Positions 40,700-54,204 of a stretch of 64,000 nt of DNA are shown piece by piece (position 1 is the first letter of the stretch; the number at the start of each line of letters is the position of its first letter). Both the position numbers and the translations under genes were made by a program. A model generated the notes under the pieces. It saw nothing but the letters and a program-made list of their open reading frames with translations, had not been told where the DNA came from and ran no database searches. The DNA comes from Octopus vulgaris (Eukaryota), in NCBI GenBank assembly GCA_951406725.2, contig OX597825.1:42408001-42472000 (forward strand). Reading direction: 5' to 3'.

Positions 40700-41340
40700 A
40701 GTCATCATTAAATGTAAACAACACTAAATTTAACACAATCCTTAATTTTAATCCAGCAGCCTAAGTCAAGGTAGAAAGCAAAAAGCTTCACATACACATG
40801 ATGTATATTCACACACAATGACCATTGCAGCGACACTGGAGAGAAGTTCACACTCCCATTCTCTTTAAAGTCAATGCAGAACCTCAACTTGGTATGCAAC
40901 CTCTTAAGGATACTATATCTACTGTTTTGCATTCTGCTATGTAGAAGTATGTATTCATTACAACTTATAATCCATGAAATCCAAAATTCGACCAAAAATA
41001 GGGATATTTAAAATTTCCAATGGCATTGCGGACCCTGCAAAAGATATTTAACTGCAAAGTTCTTCATACACCTTTCTTTTAACCCTAATTCACAAAAAAA
41101 TATTGATTCTTGGTTACCGGTTATGAAAGTTGCATTTTTCACTACACCCAAATGCTTGTTGGTCAAAGGTTCAGGTATGTCTGTGAGTGATTTCAAGTGA
41201 ATCAGCCAAGTGACCTTTCTCTAGCTCCAGTCTAAGAAGTGTACACCAGATGCACTATCACATATGTGGAACCTATTATCCACTGAAGGCTTCAGATGAG
41301 CATTGTAGAGTGTCCTTGAAAGCTTTGCTGATGTTGAGTG
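40700..41340 (-). mobile_element. Decayed hAT-like transposase C-terminal fragment
   Basis: LLHS(frameshift)..SILKRLHTKLR resembles the LPHSNA.ERVFS dimerisation motif; upstream VYEELC and FWSNF remnants. Confidence 0.4.
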
Positions 41341-43173
41341 CTTTCATTAAAATTCTTTAAGCAAAATCCAACTGGTGGATTATATACGACAGTAAATCTC
41401 TACCAGATCTGGTTTCAAGGAAACTGTACAAGCAATCGCTAAAAAGGGAGGGAGAATGAAAGAGAGACACACAGACAGACAAACGAATATTTGAGCTGTT
41501 GGTGTTAATGGCTATCTCCCTCACAAGCACATATTTAGGAAGCCATTGTGTATTTAACTAATCTGCTAAGAATCCGCGGGCAAATTTCTGTTGAATCATA
41601 TTATGGGAATTATTTGAGCAAACAAATTGCTTTACATGTTCATTGATGCACTATTTTTGAGTTATGTGCAAGATAATCATAGATAAGGCATACAATAGGC
41701 TGTAGATTTGCTTTCCTTTATCCAGAATGCACTAGATCTAAACAAGACTAGAAGCAAAACAACAGTATAAACCTGAAGTTACATATGGAAAATGCCATGG
41801 ATAAAAATAGTAACTAGAAAGGAGGTAAAAGAAAATAGAACTCCAAAACATGCTTCATGCATTCCTTAACAGACAGACTAAGCCCTGCTATACCAATTAC
41901 TTAACCAATATGGCTTTAACCAATTCCATTAGCATAGCTTAATATTCTTCATCTGTTTGAGAGTTTATGAGATAATAATATGGACTTCTTTGGCTTCCAT
42001 TTAAGACACCTAAACAAACATCAGCCAATGAGAAGTATGTGCACCCAGCCATCTACCTTCAAAATCAACAAGACACCAACTTGAAACCAGCCAACAAGAA
42101 CAGAGCTAGTGTTGTGCCGGACCTTGTTCAACTTCAAATTGTCCTACAACCAATAATCCATGTCCTCTGCCATATGCTAAACTAATTCCTTTGTCATCCC
42201 ACCACAAACTTCATCATCTGCATTCCACATACTATCATGATCTTTTTCCTCACTAACAACCCTGCTCATCCTATTTTTTTGCATGTACCTGTCCACTAAC
42301 ATTGCATTAAAATAGCTTGACTAACTTCTAACCCTTTGAAGTAACCTACCCATCATATATTCATGACATCAGTTATTTTTTCGACCTCTGACCAAAAACT
42401 TAACTTATCCAGGTCTGTAAATAGAAAATACCAGTCACATATTAGCTGGCCATTTTAGAAAGTATTTGTTCAGTGTTTGATGAAACCATGCAAGATAACA
42501 GAAACATCTCACCTCCCATTTTAGTGTTCCAAATCACTTTAATGAGATCCATTGCAGTCTAGACTGGCTTTAACATTCTCTATCCTTTCATATACGTTCA
42601 TTTGTATCTTTACTGATTCTAACTTACAGAATGAGAGGTGTTCTATTTATCTGTCCGCTCTCTTGTACAATACCATGGCACTCCTGCTTCTTTGCTTTAG
42701 CAGAATTAACAGTTTGCACTACCAATTGCACATCTTCTCCACTGAATATCAATTACCAGCATATTTTCTTCTTATAGTTCAGAACACTGACAAATGTCAG
42801 CACATGCATTTCACACCACAACTTTTCCATCCATTACATAAAATTAAGACCATCAGTCTCCTGAATATTTTTCAATCTTCCATTCAATTCTGCTAACATA
42901 TAAAAGTTTGTACTAAGAAATGCCATAGTACATTACAATAATAATTTTTAATAACAACAATTTCTTTTGATATGAATTCTCACATACTTTGAATCAAAAT
43001 TTCCAGCTTTCAACAAATAATGCTATAATATGGCTAGGAGAAGAATAAATAATGTTCTACCCTTTCATGTCTTCTTTTTTGTATATACTTTTTGAGCTAA
43101 ATTGAATAGTCTGGTTATTTTTGTGCATATATGTATAATGTATTTTTACAAAAACCCACAGCAATATTTTTAG

Positions 43174-43354
43174 TGATTAATAATAGTTGAATAGAACAAT
43201 GTAAAATGTTATTAAAATCACAAATATTCCCTAAACAGAAATTAGTATTTCCAGTTGAATAAGTAGTGCACTAACAAGATACAGCAATTGGCTATTTTTT
43301 CACTCTGTCTCTCCTATTGCTACTGCTATAGATTTTGCTCCTCTGCATACCACT
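43174..43354. repeat. ~180-bp dispersed duplicate of 59191-59371
   Basis: Co-linear high similarity in the same orientation; both end ...ctctgcataccact. Confidence 0.9.
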
Positions 43355-44653
43355 TCCCACACCAGTCCACCCAATGAACAGGCTTTTCCTCTTCTTTTCA
43401 TTCATACTCTGTTTTACCTACCACAGCCTGCATTAAACACTTTACTCAATGATTCTTTCCCTGACTGCAACGTTCTGAAATATCTTTTTTATCAAATTTG
43501 TTGCTGCTTATTCCCAATTCAAATTTGACCAAGTACACTTATGATCAAAGCTATAAAAACTATTCACTTTTTAGGAGCATATTTATGACTTCTTATATGT
43601 TCCACTGTCCTATTTAGGACATTGGGTGTTAATAATCTCTCTCTACAAAAGTTTTACTCCTAGTTACTGACATACAGAACTTCAAATTGAATATAAACTA
43701 CATTTATCATAGCAGCCTAGAGAAGCCTAAAATTTTATAGACTGTACCCTTCTTATTCTGACTATTTTATTAAGTTAATAAAAACAGAAACATATTTACA
43801 TATCTAATTTTGTCCAGAAATATATGAAAGATAACATGGCTTCCATCAAAAGGAAATGAGTTTGTGAACTATTTTATAGTAAAACCAATTTACATAACCT
43901 ATATTATCAGTTGATGACATTATTATTCATGTGCAACAGCTGGCATAGAAACAATAATCTTTATTAATAGTTTAATATTTAAATTAACAAGTCCATTATG
44001 CAAAATCAATGTTTTAAAGTTGCTAACAAAAACCACAACAGTGGTCTCTCAATAAATGGAAGCTTTTATATCAAAAGTGGATTCATTTAAAAAAATTATG
44101 AGGAAAAAAACATAGTAATGCTTTATTCAATTTGTTTATACATACATTTATGCAGAGACATGCATACATGTTCTCTGCATTCTCCTTTATAGTTTTTCAT
44201 CAGCCAAGTGTAACAAAGGTGTAACAAAATTTAGCCCAGTAAATACCAGCCAATTCGGTGCTAGAGTGGAAGATACATGCTTCATTTGTCATGCAATGAG
44301 AATGAATCCAGAATCACATGATAGAAAAGCAAACTTCACAACAGTCATACCTGCACCTATGTATAAACATACATACACACACACATTATGTATATATCCT
44401 TTAAGTTTGTTTATGGGAAACATTTTGAATATGCATGTAAAAGTTCCTATTCATTAATGTGATATTGCCTGAAGAAATAAATGCATGAACATGATCTACC
44501 TAATGTCCATGGATACTACGAACTGTACTGTAATCACCCCAGGAATACAGACTATTGTATTATGGGACACATGATATGAGGAAACGTGTGTAGCAAAGCA
44601 TTAAAATATTTATAAATTCCATCCAAGGATTATTATTATTACTATATATATTA

Positions 44654-44860
44654 AGGCAGCAAACAGGCAGAATTGTTAGCACACTGGACGAAATGCTTAG
44701 TGGTATTTCGCCCTTTGCTACGCTCTGAGTTCAAATTCCACCAAGGAATTGCCTTTCATCCTTTCAGAGTCGATTAAATAAGTACCAGTTTCGCACTATG
44801 GTCAATGCAATCAACTTCATCTCCTCCTCCAAGCTGTCCTTGGGGCAAAAATTTGAAACC
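44654..44860 (+). mobile_element. Family A SINE
   Basis: aaggcagcaaacaggcagaattgttagcac...gagttcaaattcc...gcctttcatcctttcagagtcgat. Confidence 0.8.
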
Positions 44861-44879
44861 ATTATAACTATATATATTA

Positions 44880-45733
44880 TGTTAAGGGCCTCACACTCAG
44901 GATAAAAGGTAGACTGTATTATGCATCTGTACGAACTGCTATGCTACATGACAATGAAACATAGACCATGGCTGCTGAGGACATGCATAGGCTTGAAAGA
45001 AATAAAGCTAGAATGATCTGCTAGATGTGTAATGTCAGTGTGCATACATGACAGAGTGTAAGCACCCTGAGAAAAAAGTCGGGCATAAGAAGCATCCAAA
45101 TGTGGTTGCAAGAGAGATGACTGTGTTGGTATGGTCAAGTGTTATGTATGGATGAAGACATCTGCATGGGAAAGTGCTACTCCCTAACTTTGGAAGGAAC
45201 CTGTGGAAGAGGTTGACCCAAGAAGACATGGGGTGAGGTGGTGAAGCATGACCTTTGAACATTGGGCCTCACAGAGGCAATGAAAGGAAACCGAGACCTT
45301 TGGAGACATGCTGTGATTGAGAAAACATGCAACTAAAGTGACATCACAGCCATACATGTCTGGTCCAGTTAAGAGTACCCCTGATGTGTCGTGCAATATG
45401 ATATGCTTGGGAAGACCTGCTGAGTCAAGTAAAACCAATATCATAGTTGTAGTCAGTGCTCCTTAACTGGCTCCTATGCAATTGGCCCATAAAAAGCACC
45501 ATCCAAATGTGGCCGATGCCAGGCCCACTAGACTGGTTCCTGTGCTGGGGGCATGGAAAAAAACACCCACTACACTCTCAAAGTAGTTGGCGTAAGGAAG
45601 GGCATCAAGCTGTAGAAATACTAACAGATTAGATTGGAGGCTGGTGCAGCTACTGGCTCTCAAGACCTCAGTCAAACCGTCCAACCTATGCCAGCATGGT
45701 AAACAAACATTAAACGATGATGATGATGATGAT
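44880..45733 (+). mobile_element. 5'-truncated RTE LINE 3' end
   Basis: Homologous to the reverse complement of ~21590-22390; (GAT)n tail. Confidence 0.9.
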
Positions 45734-45753
45734 ATATATATATATATATATAT

Positions 45754-45993
45754 GGAGGCGCAATGGCCCAGTGGTTAGGGCAGCGGACTCGCGGTCATAG
45801 GATCGCGGTTTCGATTCCCAGACCGGGCGTTGTGAGTGTTTATTGAGCGAAAAAACACCTAAAGCTCCACGAGGCTCCGGCAGGGATGGTGGTGATCCCT
45901 GCTGTTAAACGAGAGATTTAAATGGCGGTGCCCCAACATGGCCACAGCTCATTAGCTGAAACTGGAAAATCATCAAAATCATCGAAAATCATC
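45754..45993 (+). mobile_element. Chimeric SINE (family C head, family B-like tail)
   Basis: The first ~150 bp nearly match 11201-11350, then ggcggtgccccaacatggccacagctc...tgaaac and an (aaaatcatc)n tail follow. Confidence 0.8.
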
Positions 45994-46002
45994 ATATATA
46001 TA

Positions 46003-46663
46003 TGATAGTAGTAACAGAAAAGAGGTATTTCGATTATTCCCATGTGGTGTGTTGTAATGTATATAAGAAATTCAAAAAGGAAGATACGCACACTTACATA
46101 TTTTTAATATATCGACCAGTTTTGCTATCGCTATTCATGATATGTTTTACTTATTTCAATATATATTTTTTCTTAAGAAGAAATTTGGTCCATGTTGTGT
46201 ATGATAAAATTCAAGAGTGAATGACTTCACAAGTAGATAAATAAAGGGAAGTAATTGGTTGTTATTGTTGTGTGTAAGGGAGATAACTGTTCAGCTTTCG
46301 GTAATGGGTGGGGATTAAATATGTGTACAGAACAGAGACAGGTTTCAAAAACCTTGTTTAGTAGGGAATTTATGTACAGTGATGTAATCGTGAATTGAAA
46401 TATGTAAAAATATAAAAGTTGGTTATGCGTGCATATTAAGACGTGTTTTGAATTTTTCAATGAAAAAAGTTTCTTTATTTAAACGTTCTAGTTGAGAGAT
46501 TGTGTCTTTGCACTGGTAGAAAGGGAAGACTGTGAAATTTGGTTTGATGTTACCTGCACATTTTTCTATATGTTCACTGAGAGGAACTTGTCTGTATTGC
46601 AGGAAACGGATTTGCTCCTTGTGTAGAGTGGTTCTCTTTCTCAAGGTCATACTCGTTTGTCCA

Positions 46664-46665
<2 letters not shown>
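46003..46665 (-). mobile_element. Penelope-like element 3' end (GIY-YIG C-terminal half + pLTR)
   Basis: [53 protein letters not shown], with a hammerhead remnant downstream. Confidence 0.85.
46109..46143 (-). ncRNA. Decayed minimal hammerhead in a Penelope pLTR
   Basis: ATATC-aTGAAtA-GC-gata-GC-aAAA-C-tg-GTC-GATAT. The 5-bp helix I is intact; the core has three substitutions. Confidence 0.5.
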
Positions 46666-47495
<830 letters not shown>

Positions 47496-47913
47496 TCTTT
47501 GTGGCCAACATTTCTGATTGTTCCTTCTGACACATGGAGATCTTTTGCAATTGACCTCATGGACTTTCTGAGATTGTAACGAATGGCATGTTGAACTTGC
47601 TGGATAAATTCAGGTGTTCTGATGATTTCAAAGCATTTAGAATGTTTCTTATGTTGATACTGGCGATACATTTCCAGTTTCAGTCTCTAGCTCCTTACAA
47701 ACTTTGTAAATGAAAGATCTGGCAACTTTTAAAAATTGAGATATTTCTAAATCGCTATGCCCAGCTTTTATAACAACAATAGCATCATGCCTACTCATTT
47801 CATGGGTAAGCTGAGGGTTTGCCCTTATTATTTTCTGAAACAAAGATTATACAGAGTTAGCCAAAAATGCAGCAATGACCCAAAAAGTTATGTCCTCAAA
47901 TACCTTACACACC

Positions 47914-47916
<3 letters not shown>
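47496..47916 (-). mobile_element. Tc1/mariner-superfamily (maT/DD37D-like) element, 5' part
   Basis: TIR TA-cagggtgtgtaagg; N-terminal [62 protein letters not shown]. Confidence 0.8.
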
Positions 47917-47961
<45 letters not shown>

Positions 47962-48012
47962 TTATACATTTGTTTTGCAAGATTTTTTATGTGAAATCAT
48001 GTGTTGAAATAG

Positions 48013-48457
48013 ATATTTTTGTATTTAGGGATGGTCATGTTGCCAGTTTGTCCCCAAAAAAACACACGCACTATATATTTTGTGTTAATTTCCTTCAGCT
48101 TTATTTTATTTTTTATATTATTCCTATTTCTGTCAGAGTTCTTTCGTCACACATATGTGACCTCATCCTTTGCTTTCTTCTTTCTTATTTGTTTGTCTCT
48201 CCTTACTAACAATCAGCCATTTGTGTGTCTCTCCTTACTAACGATCAGCCGTTTTGGCTGATCGTTAGTAAGGACAGACACACAAATAAGAAGGAAGAAA
48301 GCAAAGGACCACTGATGAGGTCACAGAAGTGTGACGAAAGAAGTCTGGCCGAAATATGATTAACGTAAAAAATAAAATAAAGCTGAAGCAAATTAACACC
48401 AAATATATAGTGCGTGTGTTTTTATTGGCTAAACTGGCAACATGACCATCTCTAAAT

Positions 48458-48467
<10 letters not shown>
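48013..48467. repeat. ~455-bp near-perfect palindrome carrying a hammerhead motif
   Basis: Arms pair end to end around the loop gtttt (48251-48255). The left arm has a ~32-bp tandem duplication and a 7-nt deletion in the ribozyme core. Confidence 0.9.
48306..48350 (+). ncRNA. Type I hammerhead motif (core intact, helix III imperfect)
   Basis: GGACCA-CTGATGA-G-GTCACA-gaag-TGTGAC-GAAA-GAA-GTC-TGGCC. Confidence 0.65.
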
Positions 48468-48522
<55 letters not shown>

Positions 48523-48744
48523 CGAATATTCTTAGAAATATCGCCACCAGTGGCCTAGTATGTATAAAAAGTCAATAGACAACATATTATCAATATAAAA
48601 TAGTGAACATTTAAACACAAGAGAAAACTATCTCTAACAGGTAATTTTTACACGCTAGAAGAAGCAGTCAAAACGACCAGAACCAAGTTTAAGAGCAATT
48701 TTTGAAGGGAAAGAAAAATATAACTTTTACCTTGTTATTTTTTG

Positions 48745-48815
48745 CGGTTATACCTAGGTTTCAAATTTCTTTAGCAATTAAAATATTTTGCTAGACGAAT
48801 TCTCATCAGTAACCG
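48745..48815 (-). ncRNA. Type I hammerhead ribozyme motif, best preserved in the window
   Basis: CGGTTA-CTGATGA-GAATTC..TAGCAA-loop-TTGCTA..GAAATTT-GAAA-C-CTAG-GTA^TAACCG. It has a 6-bp helix I, a complete core, palindromic ACCTAGGT helix III and a GUA triplet. Confidence 0.85.
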
Positions 48816-49023
48816 TGCCTTTATTTGTGGTTCTCGTCGTTTTGACTGCTATCCTATATATATATTTTATGAATATTATCTTAGCATTTTCGAAGATCAG
48901 CTCAGCATTATCCAATTACTGCTGACTGAAACTGCACTTGCACTGTGAATTTTGAAACATTATAACATATAATGATGAGACACGTGTTATTTGTCTCTGA
49001 ATTATATGTTAGTTGTTAAGGCA

Positions 49024-49094
49024 CGGTTACTGATGAGGATTCGCCTAGCAAATTATTTTGTTTGCTAAAGAAATTTGAAACCTAGTTATAACTG
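49024..49094 (+). ncRNA. Hammerhead motif, partner copy with a helix III mismatch
   Basis: CGGTTA-CTGATGA-GGATTC...GAAATTT-GAAA-C-CTAG-TTA-TAACTG. Confidence 0.7.
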
Positions 49095-49216
49095 CAAAAA
49101 ATAACAAGGTGAAAGTTTTTATTTTTCATTCCCAACGAAAATTGCTCTTAAATGTGGTTCTGGTCATTTTGACTGCTTCTTCTAGCATGTAAAAATTCTT
49201 GTGTTTAAATTTACAC

Positions 49217-49269
<53 letters not shown>

Positions 49270-49569
49270 CCCAATTAGCTTGAAATGCTTATTCAGTGAA
49301 CTGCTATCTATAAATGCTTATATAATATACACACGATTAGGGGCAGTACTAGGAAGAATTTTCTATGGGTCACTCTACTCTATAAAAACTGAAGATTGAT
49401 GCTTTATGTTCTGTGTAGTACACCAGTCCTAGCCAAAGAGTGTTGAGAACTTCAGGCTTCACCATTAGCTACAATGGTATACTAAAATTTCAAAGATCAT
49501 ATGAAAGATTTACTGTCTTATTACAAGTCAAGATAATTACTGACATGCTGTTTGTGAATAGGTCTTCTA

Positions 49570-51200
49570 TAAACAAACGTTTCTGGCATTTTATCAGAAA
49601 AGTCTTTGAAAATCATTTCAAAGCTTTTGACATGTCATTTTCTATATATAGCATCACCAAATTATTTAGTCACCTTTGTGAAATTGTAGACCATTCAAAT
49701 TAGTTTTATCTTTGAAAAACTTCCTTCTCCTGATGTAACTGTTACGGGCATTGTTAAGAAAATCTTCAAAGATATGGAAACATTAGGAGATGCTGTGAAT
49801 CGAATGTTTGCTCCCACGTATCCAAGCAGATATTGAGGCGTTATGGCACTGAAAGGAAGAGAAGTTTTTAGGGCATCAAGTTCTTTGGCCAAGATTGGAC
49901 TGCACACATATGTGAAGAAAAGTGAATACATGTCTTTCTGCCAATCAAAAGACGTTGAACTGTTTGCTTTGAGTGGTTCCAAACTAAATGTTGGTTGAGT
50001 GAAGAGTTCAGAAGCAGACAAGATCAGGAGAGCACAAGCATAGATAGCTTGTCACAAACTAAAGAAGGTCTTAACACTCCAAACAGTCCAGGCGAATCAA
50101 AATCAAGCTGTTGATTGCAGCTGTTAAATCAGTGTCAAATTATATGGCAGTCAAGCATGAACACTGACAAAGAAATTACCAAACAGAATAGATGGTTGCC
50201 ACACAAGGATGCTACAAAAGGCTCTTAAATGTGAAATGGCAGCAGCCTTTATGGAAACCTATGGAAAGGTAATGAGAAGATCAAGCAAATATGGCTGCAA
50301 CTATCTGGTCACTGCCACCTGAACCTGAAGCGTCCAAATTAGTCTTGTGGAACCCACTTCATGGTGATGTAAGAAGAGGAAAATGTTTTCACATTTACAT
50401 TGACAACTTGATCACAGTCACTGGCCTGGAATGTATCCATGAGCTCAAAGCAGTGATATTGAACCAAGGTGTATGGTAGGTGGTCTTTGTTGCTATGGCC
50501 TGAGTTGGAACCCGACCATAAGAAAATAATAGCATGTTTTTAGCTGTTTCAGTATAATAAGAGTATTAAATTCTATCAACAAACTGAGAGTATATAACTC
50601 AAAGTCTTTTGGCACAGTTACCATTTGAAAGTTTCCTCTTAAAGTTTGTAAAACGCAATTCCTTTTCATTTCATGGAAAGTTATTCACAGGAATATCAGG
50701 AGCAGGAAACTTTCATTGTTAAATAATCTCTTAAACTTTGGCTTACATCTGCTGGCCACCTGGCTGGGTCATCAGAAATGTTAGCTTTGACTACTTTTGG
50801 ATGAGCCATATTCTTCATCATTTATAACTAGACTTCCCATTTTGGTCCTGTCTTCTGGAGTGTTAACATTGTCTTCAACCTGATTTACAGCTGCATCATC
50901 ATTTTTATAAGTTGTTGCCAATTACATCATTGTATTCATCAATTATAATTGGACTAATGACTGTGTTGTCATTTTATGAATCGTTCTTGTTTTCTTCATC
51001 TTCAATATGTTGTCACTTCAAAGTTGGAGTGACAAGAAATTTTGTTGGAGTATCTCTTTGTGTTACATTTTCAGTTACCTTAGACTTGGCAGGTGTTCAT
51101 TTCTGATTGCTGCTCAACTACTTTTGCCCACTGTCTCTCTCTCTGCTTGAAGGGTTTTTTCTATTACTTTTGTTTAGAAAAGCTAAACAGGGCAATAACC
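49570..51200 (-). mobile_element. Internally deleted hAT transposase remnant (TTF-type N-terminus and dimerisation C-terminus)
   Basis: SPNVSISLKIFLTMPVTVTSGEGSFSKIKLI..STISQR*LNNLVMLYIENDM at 49580-49800; NISDDPARWP..RKLSNG remnant at 50550-50790. Confidence 0.75.
49810..50520 (+). mobile_element. RTE-like LINE 3' fragment nested in the hAT remnant
   Basis: IRRAQA*IACHKLKKV..YGSQA*TLTKKLPNRIDGCHTRML..ASKLVLWNPLHG..RRG..YIDNL. Confidence 0.7.
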
Positions 51201-51989
51201 TGAGATTACAAAATAAAATCATTTATAATCAAGACCACTGCTAGCACTGAAAAATAATATATATGTGCATGTATGCATCTTATTATTAAAACAAATGATT
51301 CTTTCTTTTTTAAAAGACTAGGAGTAAGAAGAAAAGCACAGGATGCAAAAGAATAAGCTCTAGTAAATAGAAATGTAAATACTCTTTATGCTAATGAGCT
51401 AAAAACTAGTTATTTTGATATGTAGATCTTGGATTTACTTTTAACCTCATTCCACTTTTATATGCAGGCTTAAGACTTTAAGTTTGCAGTTTGACAAGCA
51501 AGGTAAATGGTGATGATAAATTGAAATTAAAAAGCAAATAAACAAGTGAATAGCAACAAAACATTGAAACAAATATACGAGAACAGATTAAATAGTTCCA
51601 CTGTATTCAGAGTATCAAGAAACTTTATGCACATTTGACATTCATTAACCCTATGACTGCTTCAATTAAAATTGGAGAATTGCCTCAAAAAGCTATTTGG
51701 GATACTAAAATATAGAATCTCTATTTTTCTGTTATGTTTAGTTTTTTTTATTTAGTTATATTTTCTTTTCTTAGAAAACACTTTTACTAACATAATTTTA
51801 AACGTTTTTACCAAAAGAGAGCTACCATTTTCCAAAAATCATCTGACACAAAGCAGGTTGGGTGATCTTGATTATTTCCTGTTTTTACACTTAGTTTAGG
51901 TATTCCTGTCTTTATAAAAATGTATCTATATACATATTAATTAGCAAAAATTATTAATAAATATATGCAAAAAACAATAAAGATATATC

Positions 51990-52365
51990 TTTCAACAAAA
52001 TAACTTGAGAGATATGCTATAGGAAATGCCTTGAGATAATCAATGGCATATCCCTTTGATGTTTCTTAAGATAACTAAACTAAGCTAATTGTGATGCCTT
52101 GCCTGCCAGATGTTGCTAGGTATACGTGCCACGGAAAATAAATTTCACAGTTGAATAAGATATTTTTCTAAAGTCATGGGTAAGATACCTTTAAACAAAA
52201 TAACTTGAGAGATACACTATAGGAAAATACCACAAGGTAATCAATGGTATAAATTGCCCTTTGGTGCTTGATGAGATAACTGAGCTGTGTTGGTTATGAT
52301 GCCTTGCCTGTCAGATGTTGTCAGGAACTCATGTCACAGAAAATAAATATTGCAGTTAAATAAGA
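51990..52365. repeat. Diverged tandem duplication, period ~200 bp
   Basis: aacaaaataacttgagagata...gatgccttgcctg.cagatgttg...aataaga occurs twice. Confidence 0.85.
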
Positions 52366-52702
52366 CTAGTCATTAGACTGAGACCATGCTTCAGCCACCT
52401 TGAAGAATTTTAGTTGAATAAATAAACCCGAGAGAATATTTCTTTTTCTAAAACTGGTATAGTCTATCAGTCTCTTGTGCTAAACCACTAGGTTATGGGA
52501 TCGTAAACACACCAACACTAGTTGTCAAGTAGTTGGGGAGGTTAAAAACATACACGCACATACACACACACACGCACACATATATGATGGGCTTATCTCA
52601 GTTCCAATCTACCAAATCCACTTACAAGGCTTTTGTCAGCCTGAGGCTAAAGTAGAAGACACTTACCCAAGGTAATACATAGTGGGACTGAACCAGGAAC
52701 CA
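52365..52702 (-). mobile_element. tRNA-SINE family B
   Basis: tagaagacacttacccaagg...gtgggactgaacc is the reverse complement of the family B head. Confidence 0.65.
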
Positions 52703-53393
52703 AGACGCAAACTTCCAAGTTCTGTATTTTCTTTTACCCAAAGCCAGGAACTTTTCAGCACACCCTCATACACACACGCACTCACACGCATGCACTCACA
52801 TGCACTCACACGCACGCACACACACACTCACACACACACACACTTATATTAATGAAACTCAATGTATATCTTGTGGCACAAGTTTCAAACTACTTCTGTT
52901 TTCAAGTGAGAATCGTTAGGTGGAGTACTTATTTTCAATGATGTATAAGGGGTGGGGGTCCCTTCATGTCTGTTGGTTTGCTTCTCATATTTGCTAAATG
53001 GCTATCATTTTTACGCTTCTCCATCGGTTACATCTTCTGGCTGCTGTTTATTTTCACTGTTGTGTTTTTAATTAGTCTTCTTTTAATTTAATTTTTATTG
53101 GCTTGTGTGTTGACTGAATTTGACTGTTATTCTAATTAGTGCTGTTTCTACTGTATTTGGTAATTTTTTTCTGTTTGCAGATACTGATGTCATGGAAAAA
53201 TGGTTTTGCTGGTGTGAATTTTTTTAGCCAAGGCTTGTTATTAACGTGTGTGTTAATTCAGATGGTCCTGTAAGTTTGTTTGTGCATGTGAGTGCTTTGT
53301 TATATATACATACATACAAGCTAGGCCAAAAATCATACACCAAAACATTTGAAATTATATTTAGATTACATTATTATTATTATCATTATTACT

Positions 53394-53604
53394 AAGGTGG
53401 TGAGCTGGCAAAATCATTAGTATACTGGGAGAAATGCTTAGTGGTATTTCATCTGTCTTCATGTTCTGCATTCAAATTCTACTGAGGACAACTGTGCCTT
53501 TCATCCTTTCAGGATTAATGAAATAAGAACTAGTTGAGTATTGGGATCAATGCAATCAACTCACCCCTTTCCCAAAATTGCTGGTCTTGAGCCAAAATAT
53601 GAAA
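53394..53604 (+). mobile_element. Family A SINE
   Basis: aaggtggtgagctggcaaaatc...ttcaaattctactgagg...gcctttcatcctttcagg. Confidence 0.8.
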
Positions 53605-53721
53605 TTATTATTATTATTATTATTAATATTATTATTATTATTATTATATTATGTTTGACTTTTGCTTTATGTTTGTACAAGTTGGCTCCAAGTCTCACCC
53701 AGAGACCTCAAGAGACAACAG

Positions 53722-53763
<42 letters not shown>

Positions 53764-53766
<3 letters not shown>

Positions 53767-54204
53767 TAGTTTTATTTTTATAGCGTGCTTTCACTTCACT
53801 ACCGAGCGCAGCTCTGTGTGCCTTGGGTATGTGCTGTGATTTGTTGTGATGCTCTGATGGTTATTGTATGGAAAGTGTTCTGCGTAGGATGTGTGCAGTG
53901 CCTAGTAGTGCAATTTTCTGTATTTTATATGTGTTTGTAAGTCCTGGTGTTTTTGTTATGTATTTGTCTGAATATTTTTTTATCATGCCTAATGCACCTA
54001 CTATGATAGGAATTGTTTCTGTTTTCAGGTTCCACATTCTAGTTACCTCTATTTCCAGGTCTTTGTATTTTGAGAGTTTCTCCATTTCTTTTAGAGACAC
54101 GTTGTCATCTGCCGGTATTGATACATCAATTAGAAAGCATTTTTTTTTCTTCATGATCTCTGACAACTGTATCTGGTCTGTTGGCCTTAATTTCTCTATC
54201 TGTG

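Larger units (their letters stand above)
48596..49223. repeat. Inverted repeat (~210-bp arms) with a hammerhead in each arm
   Basis: Arms at 48596-48821 and 49018-49223 with a ~195-bp spacer; the right end abuts (TA)n. Confidence 0.9.
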
